A stretch of DNA of 64,000 nucleotides from Rhizophagus irregularis. Taxonomy: Eukaryota. The notes under the pieces were generated by a model. The model was not told the origin of the DNA. It worked only from the letters and a program-made list of their open reading frames with translations, and searched no databases. The position numbers and the translations under genes are program-made. Location of the stretch: positions 2,728,001-2,792,000 of the forward strand of contig NC_089430.1 in assembly GCF_026210795.1 (NCBI RefSeq), written 5' to 3'. Positions within the stretch are counted from its first letter, which is position 1. Each line of letters starts with the position of its first letter. Below, one piece after another: positions 1 to 13,456 of the stretch.

Positions 1-65
1 AATAATAATCAGTAAACATAAATATTTTTAAAATAGATAATATAATACTACTTTAATTAAACTTA

Positions 66-1399
66 CTATTATTATTTATTAGGTATATCGAAATCATAAG
101 GTTTGTATTATCATTATTATAAGCCTCATTCAACATTACACAAATTACAATAAAAATAATAATCATCTTAGGTCTTTTTAACGGATCAGCATCCCAACAT
201 TGTTTCATTAATTGGTTATATCCTGGTGGAATTTCTGATCTAATTTTTGGTCTCATACCGTTTACTTTCATTGCAAGATCATAATCATGTTCGTAATTAT
301 TAAAGGGGGTTTGACCTGATGAAATTTCCCACATAAGTATACCAAAACTATAAATATCAGATGCGAAAGTATATTCTTTTCCAATTATAACCTCAGGTGC
401 TACATAAGGAAGATTTCCATATATACTTTTAATGGTTTATCAGCGGGCCCACAAAATCCAAAATCACCTATATACCAAAAATCGCTACATTGAATACAAA
501 ATGTTTCCAGAATGTAAATCTCGATGAATTGCGTTGTTACAATGAATTCCAATAAGTGCACAAATTATACGATAAACTAAATATATTTTTTCTTTCCATG
601 TATGTTGATGTTGTAAATATTTTCTTAAATCTTTATTCAATAATTGCAATACAAGCATATAAACTTTATTTATTGGATCTTGAGTTAAACCATAACATTT
701 AACAAAGGTAGGAAATTTGTTACCTAATGTTAAATGTGATTTTGCCTATACATATTTTTAAATTAATAATTATTACGTATTTTAAAATATATAAAATAAA
801 TTAAATTTAAATTATTACCTCATCAAACTAGCATTTTCAATATTTTCCAATTTTTTAAGAATGACTTCAGGTGGTTTCGATCTTTCTAATTGTCGTTTTT
901 CGGAATTCTACTCAACATATTCTCCATCAGTCCAAAGTGCTGAATAAATCTCGGAGTATCCACCTTTAGTTATATATTTACTATTTTGTAATTTATTATA
1001 TGGTATCCATTCAATAATTTTATCTGGACGAAGTGATACTTTTTGACATTCTTGTATTAGATTATCAATATCACTATTTCCAGATGTCCAGTTAGAAAAA
1101 TTATTTATTAAATAGGTTCGAACGCAATGTTCACAATATAATGTAGCAAAACAATCTTTTTGACATTCTTTACACAATCTTTTTGTTCCTTCATTAAGAA
1201 GAACTTTTTGGTAATCATGATCTTCTATTAATATCCTTATTGCTTCCAACTTTTCATCGCTTATAAGAGATTCATCATCAAAAATTGATTTTATTTGAGA
1301 TTCATGAATTTCGGTCATGTCATTGTAAATGCTAACATCTATTAATGCATCAACTTTTCTAATTGCAGCATAAACAAGTTCTTTCCTAATAGCAGCCAT
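66..1399 (-). pseudogene. TKL-like protein kinase pseudogene (array copy 1)
   Basis: Homologous to the intact copies (WTSGN..IEWIPY, HRDLHSGN, YVAPE, WEISSGQTPF). TGG>TAG stop at 908-910, 1-bp deletion near 430, and a deletion fusing exon 2 to exon-4 sequence near 105. Intron 746-818. Confidence 0.9.
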
Positions 1400-2189
1400 A
1401 ATAAAATCTAAGATAATTTGCTCAAAAGTTGAAATTGCAAAAGAAGAAAATATTAAGATAATGAAAATTACGGAATTTTTATACTATTACGGTTTATAAA
1501 CTCTGGGATTCTCCCACGCCCAACTTATGTTCGTTGTGCATGCATTACATTCTTATAATTTCAGGTGAAGACTATAATTTTTTTTTAAATCTTTTACCAA
1601 GAAATAAAAACATATTTATTATTTATATTTACGTTTAAAAAAAAAATTTTTTTTTTTATCTGACTGACATACGGAAAAACAAATTAAGTTTGTTACAAGA
1701 AATTTGCGCCACAATTATTATTTATAAATTTATGAATATACAATTTTTTCTTTTAACCATTTTAAACCGTTAGTAAAATAAGTATCTTTGTTTAAAAAAA
1801 AAAGAGTAATGGCCTATCGCCATGGTGATGAGTTGATCGATATCATGTGATTATAGAGTATTAATAACCGCCACAGTTCAATTTGCTAGTATAACTGATC
1901 TTTTTTTTACTGACATTCCTTCATCTGTTCTTTTACTCTCCTTTCACTTTCTCGTCTTTTCACTTCCCTTCGTTCTTTTATTTGTCCATCTCCCATCCTT
2001 TCCTTTCATGTGTGTACTTTTAATTTATATTATTTGGATATTTTGGAGTTCTTCCACAACATGAATTAATTATAAGTCGTAATATCTCAAAAATGATGAT
2101 AGTGTGGGTATTTGTTGGTTTCTCTTTTTCAACGAAACATTAGGTGAAATATTGACTTAGACAGCTCTTCAACTGGACGCAGGATTTCA

Positions 2190-3200
2190 GTGGATGTTTT
2201 TTTTATTTTTTTATCCGTATTTTAAAGAACAGTTGCTAATTTCTTTCTTTTTTTTTAGACGGTCAACTCTCATAAATGCGTGGGAAATTAAGTTAGTAAC
2301 TTTTTTTTAGGGACTTTTATAACAAACTGTTTCTAACAGTTTGTTTCTTTTTTTTAAATGTAATGCATGGAATTATGGTAAGATTTATTTTTTTATTTTA
2401 TTTTTTTTTTATTTTAGCAAATAATTTTAATGGTTGTTTCTTCTTTTGTAGATGGTTTGGTTATTCAGATATTGGATGTGTAGAAACTTGTGAGAAGGAT
2501 TAAGTTTCGATGTTAAAATTTGAAAACTTTAACAAAAATACATTATATTAACATTTTTTTTGGACCATAACAATAAGTGAAGTCTGGTAGGGTTATCGAA
2601 AATATAGAAAATTTTCTTCAAAATAATGTTCAACTTTATTTGGCTCTATTTTGTAGGAAATCATTTTCTGACTTGGATTCCGTACTCTCATCTGAGTTTT
2701 AGAAAGGTATTTCAAAACTTTAAATAAAAGTTGTTTCTAACTTTTTTTATTTTATTTCTAGAAATCCAGCCCGATTTTGGACTATGAGCCAAATTCTAGT
2801 AAGTTTTTAAATAATAATTCAAAAATTTTAAAAAACGTTTTATTGACTAATTTTTATAGATCCTGGGCTTATATTTTTAGTTGATGGTAAATTTAGTAAG
2901 TTCTTTCAAAATTTTTCTTTTTTTTTGTAGATTTAGATGGAACAGACTATCAGAATCAAAGTTTTGTTATGAAACCTACTAATCATATTTTTTGAAATAT
3001 TTTTTAATATTTTTTTTATTTGTAGATTCGGACAGGTTTCCTACCATCAGAATTTCCTCCTTTCAATTGAAATAACGAATTTATAATAATTTATAGATAG
3101 TAAATTTATGGTGGGTTTTATCAAATTATAATTTAAATGATTTTTGTGTTTTTGAAAGTGTTGAATTTGTTATTAATTTTTTAACATTTTTTTTTAGGTA
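2190..3200 (+). other. Array of short exon-like segments between T-rich ..tag acceptors and gtaag/gtatt donors; no long ORF
   Basis: Recurrent 'ttttgtag/tttttag' followed 20-60 nt later by 'gtaag'-like donors (e.g. near 2258, 2450, 2655, 2760, 2858, 2930, 3025). Confidence 0.4.
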
Positions 3201-3203
3201 GTA

Positions 3204-3632
3204 CAGTCGACTCTGGTTATAACGAACCTGTTTGTACCGAAACCTCGCTATACCGAATCATAATTTCCAGAACCGATTTTTTATAAATAATTTCACTGGA
3301 TATAACGAACTTTTATAATAAAACACTATATAACGCATCTGAACCAAACTTAACCAGCCCATATATATCAGCTATATAATAACTTTATACTTTCTATAAC
3401 GAACGGTCATGTGACTATATGTAGTCCAGGCCAATTTTATAGTGCTGACCAGAATTGCTAGTAATTTTTTCGAAAATTTATGTTAAAAGAAATTATAATT
3501 TTGGCCAGCATTACAAATTTGGCCTAAATTACCTATAAAGAAAACTAGTTCGGTATATTATATAACGAATTCACTATATACTGAACTAAACCTCCTGGAA
3601 CGGAGGGTTCGTTATCTCCGTATAACGAATTA
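3204..3632. mobile_element. Partial Tc1/mariner-pogo-like non-autonomous element
   Basis: Begins TA|CAGTCGACTCTGGTTATAACGAAC with repeated TATAACGAA motifs; no complete right TIR found. Confidence 0.5.
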
Positions 3633-4114
3633 GAACAATTTCTAGGTGAATTTAGCAGATAGATTAGATTTACACTAGACATTCGATAGAATTAAGTAAT
3701 AGTTAAATCGATAATATAATTTGCAATATAATATAAATATCCAATAAAATTATAAATTTTCAGTAAAAAATTGGTGATATATCATTTTAATATTTATGTG
3801 ATATTGAAAATATATTGTATTAAATCCTTAACGATTTTAATGTGATATCTTCAAGATTCGTATAATAAATTAATAATAACGTTGTAGTGATAACTGTGAT
3901 GTGTCTGTGGCGCAACAATGTAGGAATATAAACCATTAAAACTATTACAATATTGGTGTTTTATTGATACCTTATCAATATCATATTGACATCGGAAAAA
4001 AATTTTATAGTTTCGGCAAAGTGAGCATAGCGAACATCCCGATTTTATCACAATTTTGCCGATCATCTGTAGATCATTTGTCGATCATTTAATCAATTTT
4101 ATCACTTCGCAATA

Positions 4115-4438
4115 ATTAAGTTAATTAACTTCGATTGAAAAATTCTACATAATAATATATACTCAAATTTTGCATACAGTTTAATATTGGTTTGAAATTA
4201 CTGTATATAAAATTTTATTTAGATCGTATTACTATTGGATAACTTTTACTAGTAGAAACTTTTAAATTTTAAGCATTTTTATTAAAATTAAAAGTTTCTA
4301 TTAGTAAAAGTTATCCAATAGTAATGCGATCCAAATAAAATTTTATATACAGTAATTTCAAACCAATATTAAACTGTATACAAAATTTGAGTATATATTA
4401 TTATGTTGAATTTTCCAATCGAAGTTAATTAACTTAAT
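4115..4438. repeat. Long palindrome (~160-bp arms)
   Basis: 4115-4270 is the near reverse complement of 4282-4438; a partial third arm copy lies at ~4465-4545. Confidence 0.85.
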
Positions 4439-4543
4439 ATAATAGCATATTTACTGTTATGTTAAATTAATTAACTTAAATTGGAAAATTCTACATAATA
4501 ATATATGCTCAAAATTTTCAAACAACTTATTATTGATTTGAAT

Positions 4544-5221
4544 TTACTGTGTATCAAATTTTATTTGGATCACATCATCTTCTGTTTCTAACATATTATT
4601 AAATTCATCAGGATCATAAATTGTTTTTTGTTCTAATATTCTTTGATTTTTATAAAGAATATTAGACATTTTTTTAATTTTGTTACTTAAACTAATTTCA
4701 TCTGTAATTATTAATTGTGATATAATTTCTTGATAATCTGATTCAAATTGTTTTAGTTCTTCACCATTATATAAAATATCTTTTCTAAATGAATAAGTAT
4801 GATTTTCCATTGTTAAAATATTATCATCATCCTTTTTTTTGGAAATTGGTGCAGTATATTCTTCTAACATATTATAATCAGGATCATTATCTGTTTTTTT
4901 TCTGCACAAACTACAAATTTTAGCAGTCTCATCTAAATTTAAAATTGGTATTAATCTTTTTGGTATCTTTTCAAGATTAAGGTTTTTTGATCTCTTATTT
5001 GCATTTTTTGATTGGCTTTTATATTCATCATGCTTTGGATGAGAGCAAGTTTCATTATGTTTTAGGCTATAAGCCTCATTAATAATAAATTTATTATAGT
5101 GAGTTTGATATAATTTCATACCAACTAAAATAGTTTTTTTTTGTGTTATTGGAATTTTTGTATTATTAGTTATTGTCCTAATTACTCCTTTGCAATCAGT
5201 TGAGTTAAAACTGCAGGACAT
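4544..5221 (-). CDS. Transposon-internal Cys/His-containing protein, probably 3'-truncated
   Basis: 225-aa ORF with CSHPKH and CSLC motifs inside the 4024-5910 element; ends where an internal palindromic region begins. Confidence 0.55.
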   Translation of the reverse strand: MSCSFNSTDCKGVIRTITNNTKIPITQKKTILVGMKLYQTHYNKFIINEAYSLKHNETCSHPKHDEYKSQSKNANKRSKNLNLEKIPKRLIPILNLDETAKICSLCRKKTDNDPDYNMLEEYTAPISKKKDDDNILTMENHTYSFRKDILYNGEELKQFESDYQEIISQLIITDEISLSNKIKKMSNILYKNQRILEQKTIYDPDEFNNMLETEDDVIQIKFDTQ

Positions 5222-6061
5222 TTTTTTTGAATAAAATTTCAGAAATTTAAAGTTAAAAAAGTGTTATTTTGTATTAAGTTAAAAAAAATAATATTTTTTA
5301 TATTAAATTGAATAATAATATTTTATATTGAAAATGATGTTAATTTTATAAATATTTCTTGTGAATTTTTTAAAGGACTATTTATAAAAAAGTGAACCAT
5401 ATAAATTTTAATCATTTTACTTTATTTATTTATTTTATATTGTTAATGAATTAATTCTTAAAATAGTTCATAAGATGTGCCAAAAATTAACCTTATTAAC
5501 CTTATAACAATTGCAAGTCTTTATTTAATGATAACTTCTTGGTTATTAAAAATTATTTTTGGTTATTTTAGCCATTAATTCTTGAATACCTAATTAATAT
5601 ATTGTAAAAGTTTCAAATTTCGCCCGAACATCTGTGGCTTCGCCCGAAGCTCCAAAGTCCGATTAAGAAATGATCAGCATATATATCAAATATTGAAAAT
5701 TTCGGCCTAAAGCTAACTTTGGCGCCACATTTTATTTTGCTACAAAATTTTTATACTAAATTATTAATATATTATACTATTAAAAAAACAATTTAAAATA
5801 ATTTTTTAGAATATTTATGGCCTGGAATAAAGTCTCAAAATTAGTGTGATATCACATATAATATAATCGGCAAATGATCGGCAAGGTGATATAAGCATAT
5901 TCGCTATGCTGGCAAAGTGCATATTTCATAAATTAGGATTAACTGAATATTCATTATGACAAAGTTCAGTTTTTCCAATAAACTTATTAATTTATAGTGT
6001 ATTACCATACCATATTATTGATTTTTAAAATATAATGAAAGATATATAAATAAATTTATTA

Positions 6062-6214
6062 GGGTATACTAAATATCACCAGTTGTGACGGTCACCAGTG
6101 ATGAAATTATGATGTAATACCGGCCAGTTATTTTATTAGATTTTAATTTTGGCCAAAAGTACATCATAATGCTGGTATGGTGACCATCATGACTGGTGAA
6201 CTTTAGCAATACCC
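6062..6214. mobile_element. MITE (GGGTAT..TAAA TIR)
   Basis: Imperfect inverted arms gggtatactaaatatcaccag / ctggtgaactttagcaataccc; absent from the equivalent position of sister units. Confidence 0.6.
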
Positions 6215-6648
6215 AATTTATATCATAAATAAAAATGTAAAAGAAGTTGTTACACATAAAATATAACCCATTTAAAGCTAATCTTTAAATCTAACCCCAA
6301 TAACCTCATTTACTAACTAGCTGGAATTAACATTGAATTATCCATAAAAGTAATCTCACAAATATTAAATTCGTATGAATTTTTGAATGAATGGTACAAG
6401 AGGAAGAAGATTTATCTATCTAACGGGAACACTCTATCTCTCAATGGCATCACGATATTTGATTTGTGTTTAATAAACAAAATTCTTAAAGAAATTTCAT
6501 AATACATAAAATAATAAAACTAACGATTTTAATATAATATTTAATGGTTCTATAATACACTAGTACTTCTCATCCTTAATAATGTTAGCTAGGAAAGCAT
6601 CACAAAACCATATTTACGTGAATGTTGTTATAAATGAAATTACAAAAA

Positions 6649-9002
6649 TTTACTTATCTAATTCTAATCTATTTAGATCCTTAATAAGTTCCTCTTGGTC
6701 TTTAGACGAATTAAGATCTTTGACTAATATAATAAAAGATAATAATTATTAAGCATATCCATTATTAATATAAATAATATAATGTTATTTTTGAATATAC
6801 ATACTATTATCAGGTATAATGAAATCGTAAGGTTTGCTATGAAATGCTATAAAGACATTATTTAAAGGTTACTACTATACTATGTGAAGAGATATAAAGT
6901 ACAATTCATAAATATTAATTACCTTCTTGTTCTTCTGTTGATATTAATATAAAAATAATAAACATAGTAATTTTTGAATAATTATTTATTTAAAATAATA
7001 ACAACTTTTATATTGATATCTTACCTTCAGTCGCATTTCTTAGTTCTGGTAAATTTTCAAATTGATGAAGTTTACTAGTTGATAATGAGGAACTTGAACT
7101 TAAATTTGAACTTAAACTAGAAATTTGAATTGAATTATTATATTCTAAAGTATTAAATTCATTTGCATCATTGTCATCTTTATAAAAATTATTACGCATT
7201 TTTAAAATCTCCTCATAAAGAGTACTTGTTTCAGGCCTTTTTAATGGATCAGCATCTCAACATTGTTTCATTAGTTCTTTAAATTTTGACGGAATTCCTG
7301 TTCGGATTTTTGGTCTCATACCATTAACTATTTTTATTGCAAGACCATAATCATGTTCATAATTATCAAAAGGTGTCTGTCCTGATAAAATTTCCCACAT
7401 AAGTATACCAAAACTATAGATATCAGATGCATAAGTATATTCTTTTCCAATTATAACCTCAGGTGCTATATAAGGAAGATTTCCATATATACTTCTTAAT
7501 GGTTTATCAGCGGGTCCACAAAATCCAAAATCGCTTATATAACAAAAACCATCACAATATAAAATATTTCCAGAATGCAAATCTCGATGTACCGCTCCGT
7601 TACAATGAATTCTATAAAGTGCATCAATAATAAACCAAAATATATTTATCTTTTCTTTTCATATATGTTGGTGCCGTACATATTTTCTTAAATCTGTATC
7701 CATTAAATGCATTACAAGCATATAATCCCCATTTGTATCTTGAGTTAAACCATAACATTTGGCAAGAATACCCTATAAAAAGTATTTATATTTAAAATAT
7801 AATTAAAAACTTTTTAAAATATATTTAAATTATACTTAAAATATATTTAATTTAAAAATTGCGAAATACTTATAATATACTTAAAATGTATTTAAAATTA
7901 TCTTAAAATATATTTCTAATATATTTAATTTTTGCCAAAATACTTAAAATATACTTAAATTATACTTAAATTAAAATTTAAGTATATTATAGATATATTT
8001 TTTACATACTTAAAATATACTTATAATATATTTTATAATATATTTTAAGTATATTTTAAATACATAAAAAATATACTTATAATAGTCTTATAATATACTT
8101 AAATTTTAATTTAAATATAATTTAAATATATTTTAAGTATATGGGCAAAAATTAAATATATTAGACATATGTTTTAAGATAATTTTAAGTATATTTTAGA
8201 TATATTAAAAATATATTTTAAGTATTTTGCAATTTTTTAAATTAAGTATATTTTAAATATATTTTAAATATATTTTAAGTATAATACTTTTTATAGGGAT
8301 ATTATGTTTATTACCTAATGCTAAATGTGAAGTTGCCTACAAATATTTTTAAAAACAATATTTGTTACATATTTTAAGATTTATAAAATTAAAATTATAT
8401 TTAAATTATTATCTCATCAAACCAACTTCTATTAGCATTTTCAACGTTCTTCAATTTTTTAAGTATTACTTTAAAAGTTCCTGATCTTTTAAATTATTGC
8501 TCCTTAGAAATCCATTCAATATAATGTCCATCAATCCAAATTGCTAAGTAAATCTCAGAACATCCACCTTTAGTTATATATTTAATATCTTGTAAATTAT
8601 TATATGGTATCCATTCAATTATTTTATCTGGCCGAAATGATTCGATCTGTCATTCTTGTATTAAATTATCAATATGACGATTTCCAGATGTCCAGTTTGA
8701 AAAATTATTTTTTAAATAGGTTCAAACACAATGTTCACAATATAATGTTGCCAAACACTCTAAAGCACAATTTTCACATAGTCTTTTTGTTCCTTTATTA
8801 TCTAAAACTTTAATATAATCATAATCTTTTGTTATTATTTTTATTGCTTCCCATTTTCATCTTTTGTAGGAGATTTATCATCAAGAATTGTTTGTTTCAT
8901 AAATTCAAATCGGTTTGTTACGTCATCGCGAATGTAAGAATCTGTTAATGCATCAGCTCTTTTAATTGCAGCATAAACAAATTCATATCTAATAGTAGCC
9001 AT
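6649..9002 (-). pseudogene. TKL-like kinase pseudogene (array copy 2)
   Basis: Five-exon homology to copy 5. Frameshift near 8855, intron-1 donor GT>AT near 8411, TGG>TGA near 7660 and 7257, and a MITE inserted in exon 2. Confidence 0.92.
7771..8298. mobile_element. Palindromic CMC/CACTA-type MITE inserted in kinase exon 2
   Basis: TIR CCCTATAAAAAGTATT and 3-bp TSD ATA; removing it restores LGNKHNILAKCY, colinear with the paralogs. Confidence 0.9.
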
Positions 9003-9296
9003 AACAAATTATATAAATTTGCCCAAAGAAAAATATATTAACTTTGAAATTGCAAAGAGAAAAAATAATGAGATAATGAAAAATAACGGAATTTTTATAT
9101 TATTATAGGAATACCGAGATCAGTTTGTCATGTTTGTCGTATAATTTATGAATTTTTTAATTACTGGTTGTCATGAATTTTTAATTACAGCTTATGAATT
9201 TTTAATTACGGCTAATTACGGTTATAAACTCCGAAATTCTCCCACACCCAATTGCCAATCGGTTTGTCATGTCTGTCGTACAGTTATAACTTATTT

Positions 9297-9631
9297 CCCT
9301 ATAAAAATGAAATGTATTCCTGTAAAAAAAGTCGATCTATTTTTTATATTCCATCTTTTTTCCGTAAAAGGCTCATATTTCCGGAATTAATCATTTTTCG
9401 TGAATAGATCCGTGAAAGGCTCATTTTTTTGGAGTTTTTACAGAAATAACGGATAAAATTTTTTTATAGTGTATATTCGTGTTCGTGTAAAAGCGTCTAA
9501 AAAAGCATGATTTTATCCGATTTATGTCTCATTACAAAAAACAAAAATTAAACAAAATGGTGTTTTTTTAGACTTTTATTACATATGAACACAAATATAA
9601 AACAAATTTAACACATTTCGTTTTTATAGGG
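9297..9631. mobile_element. CMC-type MITE with a second MITE nested at 9318-9471, in the kinase promoter
   Basis: Outer ends CCCTATAAAAA..TTTTTATAGGG (same family as 54397). Inner tcctgtaaaaaa..ttttttatagtg flanked by TAT. Empty site near 34135. Confidence 0.75.
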
Positions 9632-10288
9632 TTCCAGGCGAAGTTTTTTTTTAATTTTGGCCAAAAATAAATTTAGGATCAGGAAAATAATACTTTTATA
9701 CAAAAAGGCTTGAATACAATATAACATGATTAAAATTATTGATTTTACATCTAAAGAAATCTGCACCATAATTATTATGTGTGTATGTATAAAATTATGA
9801 ATATTTTTATTTTTTAAAAAAAATTGTTAATAAGATCGTTTTAAATTTAAATATGTTTGCATATAATGTACATACCATTAAATCTGAACATGCAAAACAC
9901 GTTCGTAAAATATATTTGTTTAAAAAAAAGAGGCAATGTGGATTTAGAACGAGGCGTTAACAAATCACATTTGTGACAAAAAATGCAACGAATGCATTTA
10001 TTACATCATTTTCTTCACCTTTTCAAGAAACCAATAGAACCCAAATTGATCTCTTATAGAGAATTTCAATAATAAATTAAAGTACGCAATCTTACACATT
10101 TAAACGTTAATTTTTTCCAGTAGGTCATAACTTATAATAACGAAAAGCATAATTGCGCTAAATATATTGTATACTGTATATACAATTGGAAAAAATTACA
10201 TCATTAACTAAAAGTTAGTTAAATGATAAAAGTTTAATTAATTTAAACTACTATTTATGTAACTGGTAAGTAAAAAATATACAGTAAT

Positions 10289-10398
10289 CCCAGTAAATAG
10301 TTTTTATACCAAACGGCTCCAAATTTAAGCCAATCTAGAGCCAATTATATATGGATGAGCCCATTTGGTACAAATTTATACAAAAACTAATTACTGGG
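10289..10398. mobile_element. Small MITE with CCCAGTAA TIR
   Basis: cccagtaa..ttactggg flanked by TAAT; empty site near 23208. Confidence 0.65.
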
Positions 10399-10857
10399 TA
10401 ATTAACTGTTTGATTGATGCGTGAATATGACAACCAAAAATTTTTTTATGGTTAGGAACTTAAAAATCTAGTGATTAATCTATTTCCATTTATATTCAAA
10501 TTTTATCATTAAATTTATAACATAAATCTCTAAATCTCAGATTGAACTGTAAATAGTAAATTTTTTAAGATTTCTATGAATCAACCTTTGTCTTGCCTTT
10601 TTGACATTTGTTTATAAGTGATAAGCTGTTTTAATAGTAATTGATTATCAAAACGTATTAGCAAAAATTTTTTTTGTTTATGACGCGCTATAAAATAATT
10701 CACATAAATGTGATGATACATAGTAAAATGAACCAAATTAATTGTAATAAAATAGTTTTTACTATATTTCATTATGATATAAAATATGATACCAATTTTT
10801 AAAATTTAAAGATATAACATTAAAAGAAAACCCGATGTTTAGTTATATACAGTATTT

Positions 10858-11034
10858 TATATATGCTGCCCAAATTATTTTGGGATGCCATAATTATAAT
10901 TTGGGATGCCATAATTCATTCGGTTTATATATAATTTACTATGTAAAGTGCCAAAATAATTTGGGATGCCATAATTGAATTTGGGATTTTACTTATAATT
11001 ACGGCAGTCCAAAATGATTTGGGTGGCATGTATA
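10858..11034. mobile_element. MITE with 8-10-bp TSD
   Basis: Inverted ends atatgctgcccaaatt / atttgggtggcatgtat, flanking repeat (a)cagtattt(t), internal ttgggatgccataatt repeats; empty site near 35424. Confidence 0.75.
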
Positions 11035-11049
11035 CAGTATTTTACAGGT

Positions 11050-12182
11050 TAGTGCTCCTAACGGGTCGGGTTGGGTCAGGTTTGAGGGATATTTGAATTC
11101 AACTCGAATATTTATGTAATTTGACTTGAAAATTCAGATCGATCAACTGTGTAACCCGAACTTGATTCGCCCGATCATAGTTTAACCCGGATAACCCAGG
11201 TCAAACTTGAATTTATATTAAATAAATTAATCATCAAGTTACGCAATTTATTTTACGAAAAATTTTACAATTTTTATTGTATTAATGTTTATTTATTAAT
11301 TAATATAAAATTCAGTTTAAATTTCTTTGATTTTTCACACCCACCAAGATTCAAAACAAATACATGCATGAACAGTTTGTGTTTTAAAGTTGCATCATTT
11401 TGTTGCCAGTAGATCAGCTTCATCAGAAAAAATTTGTATTCAATAATATTATCAATAATTCATACAATAAGCCATAGCCAAGTCTTATTAACTATAGAGT
11501 TCACATGTCAAATGACCAAAAATAGGCAAAAAAAATGGCGCAAATCGCATAAACTATTCGCAAATTTGTATAAACTATTTATAAATAGTATAGGTTAATT
11601 CGTAAATAGCCAAAAACAGCCAAGAATAGCCAAGAATAGCCAAGAATAGCCACTGCTTTTCGCGCCATTTTTTTTGCCGATTTTTAGCATTTCGACCTGT
11701 GGTTTTAAAATAAATTATGAAATAATATTAAATGTATATTTTAAGTTAAATTTAATACTTTAAAAACTTTTACTACTTGATGAACAGTTAAGACACCTGA
11801 CTTTACGATGCGTATTTGCATCTTTATTTTCTGAAGGAGTTCTTTCTCCTCAAGAGATTTTTAATAAAAAGCTCATTACGTAAAGCTTTTCATTTTCCGA
11901 GTTGATTTGTTGGTTCAGCAATATTAATAATAGTCTCAGACATTATTTCTTATTTATTAATAAAGTTTTTTACAAAAAAACTCACATTTTGTGACTTAGT
12001 GATAGGGAAAAAACGCGTCATCTGGGTCACCTGGGTTGATCAGGGTCAAAATAACAGTACAACCTTAACCTGACGGGTCGGGTCATGCGAGTTACAAGTC
12101 ATTAAAATGATTAATCCCGATTCGATTCAAAATTCAAGTCAGGTTGATCACCCGGGTCTGATCTGACCCGTACCGAGCACTA
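11050..12182 (-). mobile_element. Internally deleted hAT transposon
   Basis: TIR TAGTGCTC/GAGCACTA, 8-bp TSD ttacaggt/ttacaggc, ACCCG subterminal repeats. Minus-strand remnant QIFSDEADLLATK*CNFKTQTVHACICFESW (~11340-11440) resembles the hAT C-terminal dimerisation region. Confidence 0.85.
11502..11701. mobile_element. CMC-type MITE nested in the hAT element
   Basis: CACATGTCAAATG..CATTTCGACCTGTG with 3-bp TSD GTT; second copy at ~19315-19504. Confidence 0.85.
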
Positions 12183-12344
12183 TTACAGGCATGATTTTTA
12201 TTAATAATGAAAGGTATTAAAACTCATCTTAGAAATTTACCATTTTACTACTAGTTCAATTATTATTTTTTGCAATAGTATCAGATCAGTTCACAAATAT
12301 GGGACACGTGTTACATCTATTCCTCGCATGGTTATATAACATTA

Positions 12345-12574
12345 CACTATAAAAAATGTTTGTCCGATAAATATTTGATTTTCTGGACACTCACACGCTA
12401 TTATACAATATTTGTTACAATTTAATACAAGATGCAGAGATTGAGAATTTTTAACCACATAAAAAACGTACAATATCATGATGAATGTCCAATAAATATC
12501 AAGTAAATGTTTGGAACAGGGTCGATTTTCTGAACAAAAAACTGAACTATATTTGGACAGCATTTTTTATAAGA
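12345..12574. mobile_element. CACTA-type MITE
   Basis: CACTATAAAAAATG left end, decayed right end, TSD TTA; empty site near 31448. Confidence 0.75.
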
Positions 12575-12712
12575 TTATGGCAGTTTTTATTCGCTATTAA
12601 TTGCATATTTTATAAATTAGGATTTAACTGAATAATCATTATAAACTTCAATTTTTCCAATAAATTTTTATTGATGAAAAAAGCTTAATTAGTTAATGTA
12701 TTATCACGTTAT

Positions 12713-13456
12713 CCTTTAAACCGTTTTGCGGGCAAATTTGCCTGCAATTTCCAAATTAGAATAAATGACGCTATAAAAAATTCTTTAATTTTGGCCAGAT
12801 CATCACATAATTTTGCAGCCAAATTGATCTACATTCTGGCCATAAATTGTATGAGTTAGATATGCAGTTGATCATTAAAATTGGATGAGAAATTAACTAG
12901 TATCGGAATTTTTATATAATAAAATCTAAACTTTTCTTACCATATTTTTTCTCTATTCGAATACTTATTATAACTTTTTATTTTCATTATAAAAATTTTG
13001 CATTATAATAAACAAAATAGAAATAAAAAAAATCAATTGTTATGAATATATAATTAAAATGCATAATAAAATCTTTATTAAGGTTCTATATAAAGTCAAA
13101 ATCCTACTTTTAAACATCAAAAATCATATTAACAAAAGTTGTTTCTTATCCAAATTCTACATATTCCATTAAGCTTTTATATAGCTACAATTAATTATCA
13201 ATGAAATCATCAAAGTTAAGTGCAAAGTTTTTTAAAATTTTGTGATTATCTTAAAATACAACTTTTGACCAATGGGTAATTTTCAATTTTCTAATATATA
13301 ATTAATAAATGATAATAATTGCTGCATAATATATAATTTAAACTATCTTGAAAAAAAATTTTATTAAAATTGCTTTATTTTTCATAAAATTAGATGAGAG
13401 CCAAAATTTGGTAAAATTGCGAGCAAATTTACCTGCAATTGCTTACAGTTTAAGGG
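12713..13456. mobile_element. Non-autonomous DNA transposon, CC(C/T)TTAAA TIR, AT duplication
   Basis: cctttaaa..tttaaggg; the empty site cacgttataaaaag near 31545 implies a 2-bp AT TSD. Confidence 0.75.

Larger units (their letters stand above)
4024..5910. mobile_element. DNA transposon with 9-bp TSD (Mutator-like by TSD length)
   Basis: TIR AGCATAGCGAA..TTCGCTATGCT, perfect TSD GGCAAAGTG at 4015-4023 and 5911-5919, subterminal GCCGATCAT repeats. Confidence 0.85.

Noticed and set aside
7257..8411. RIP-like mutation in kinase pseudogenes
   Set aside because: Only a few G>A changes in mixed contexts; too few to claim a mechanism.
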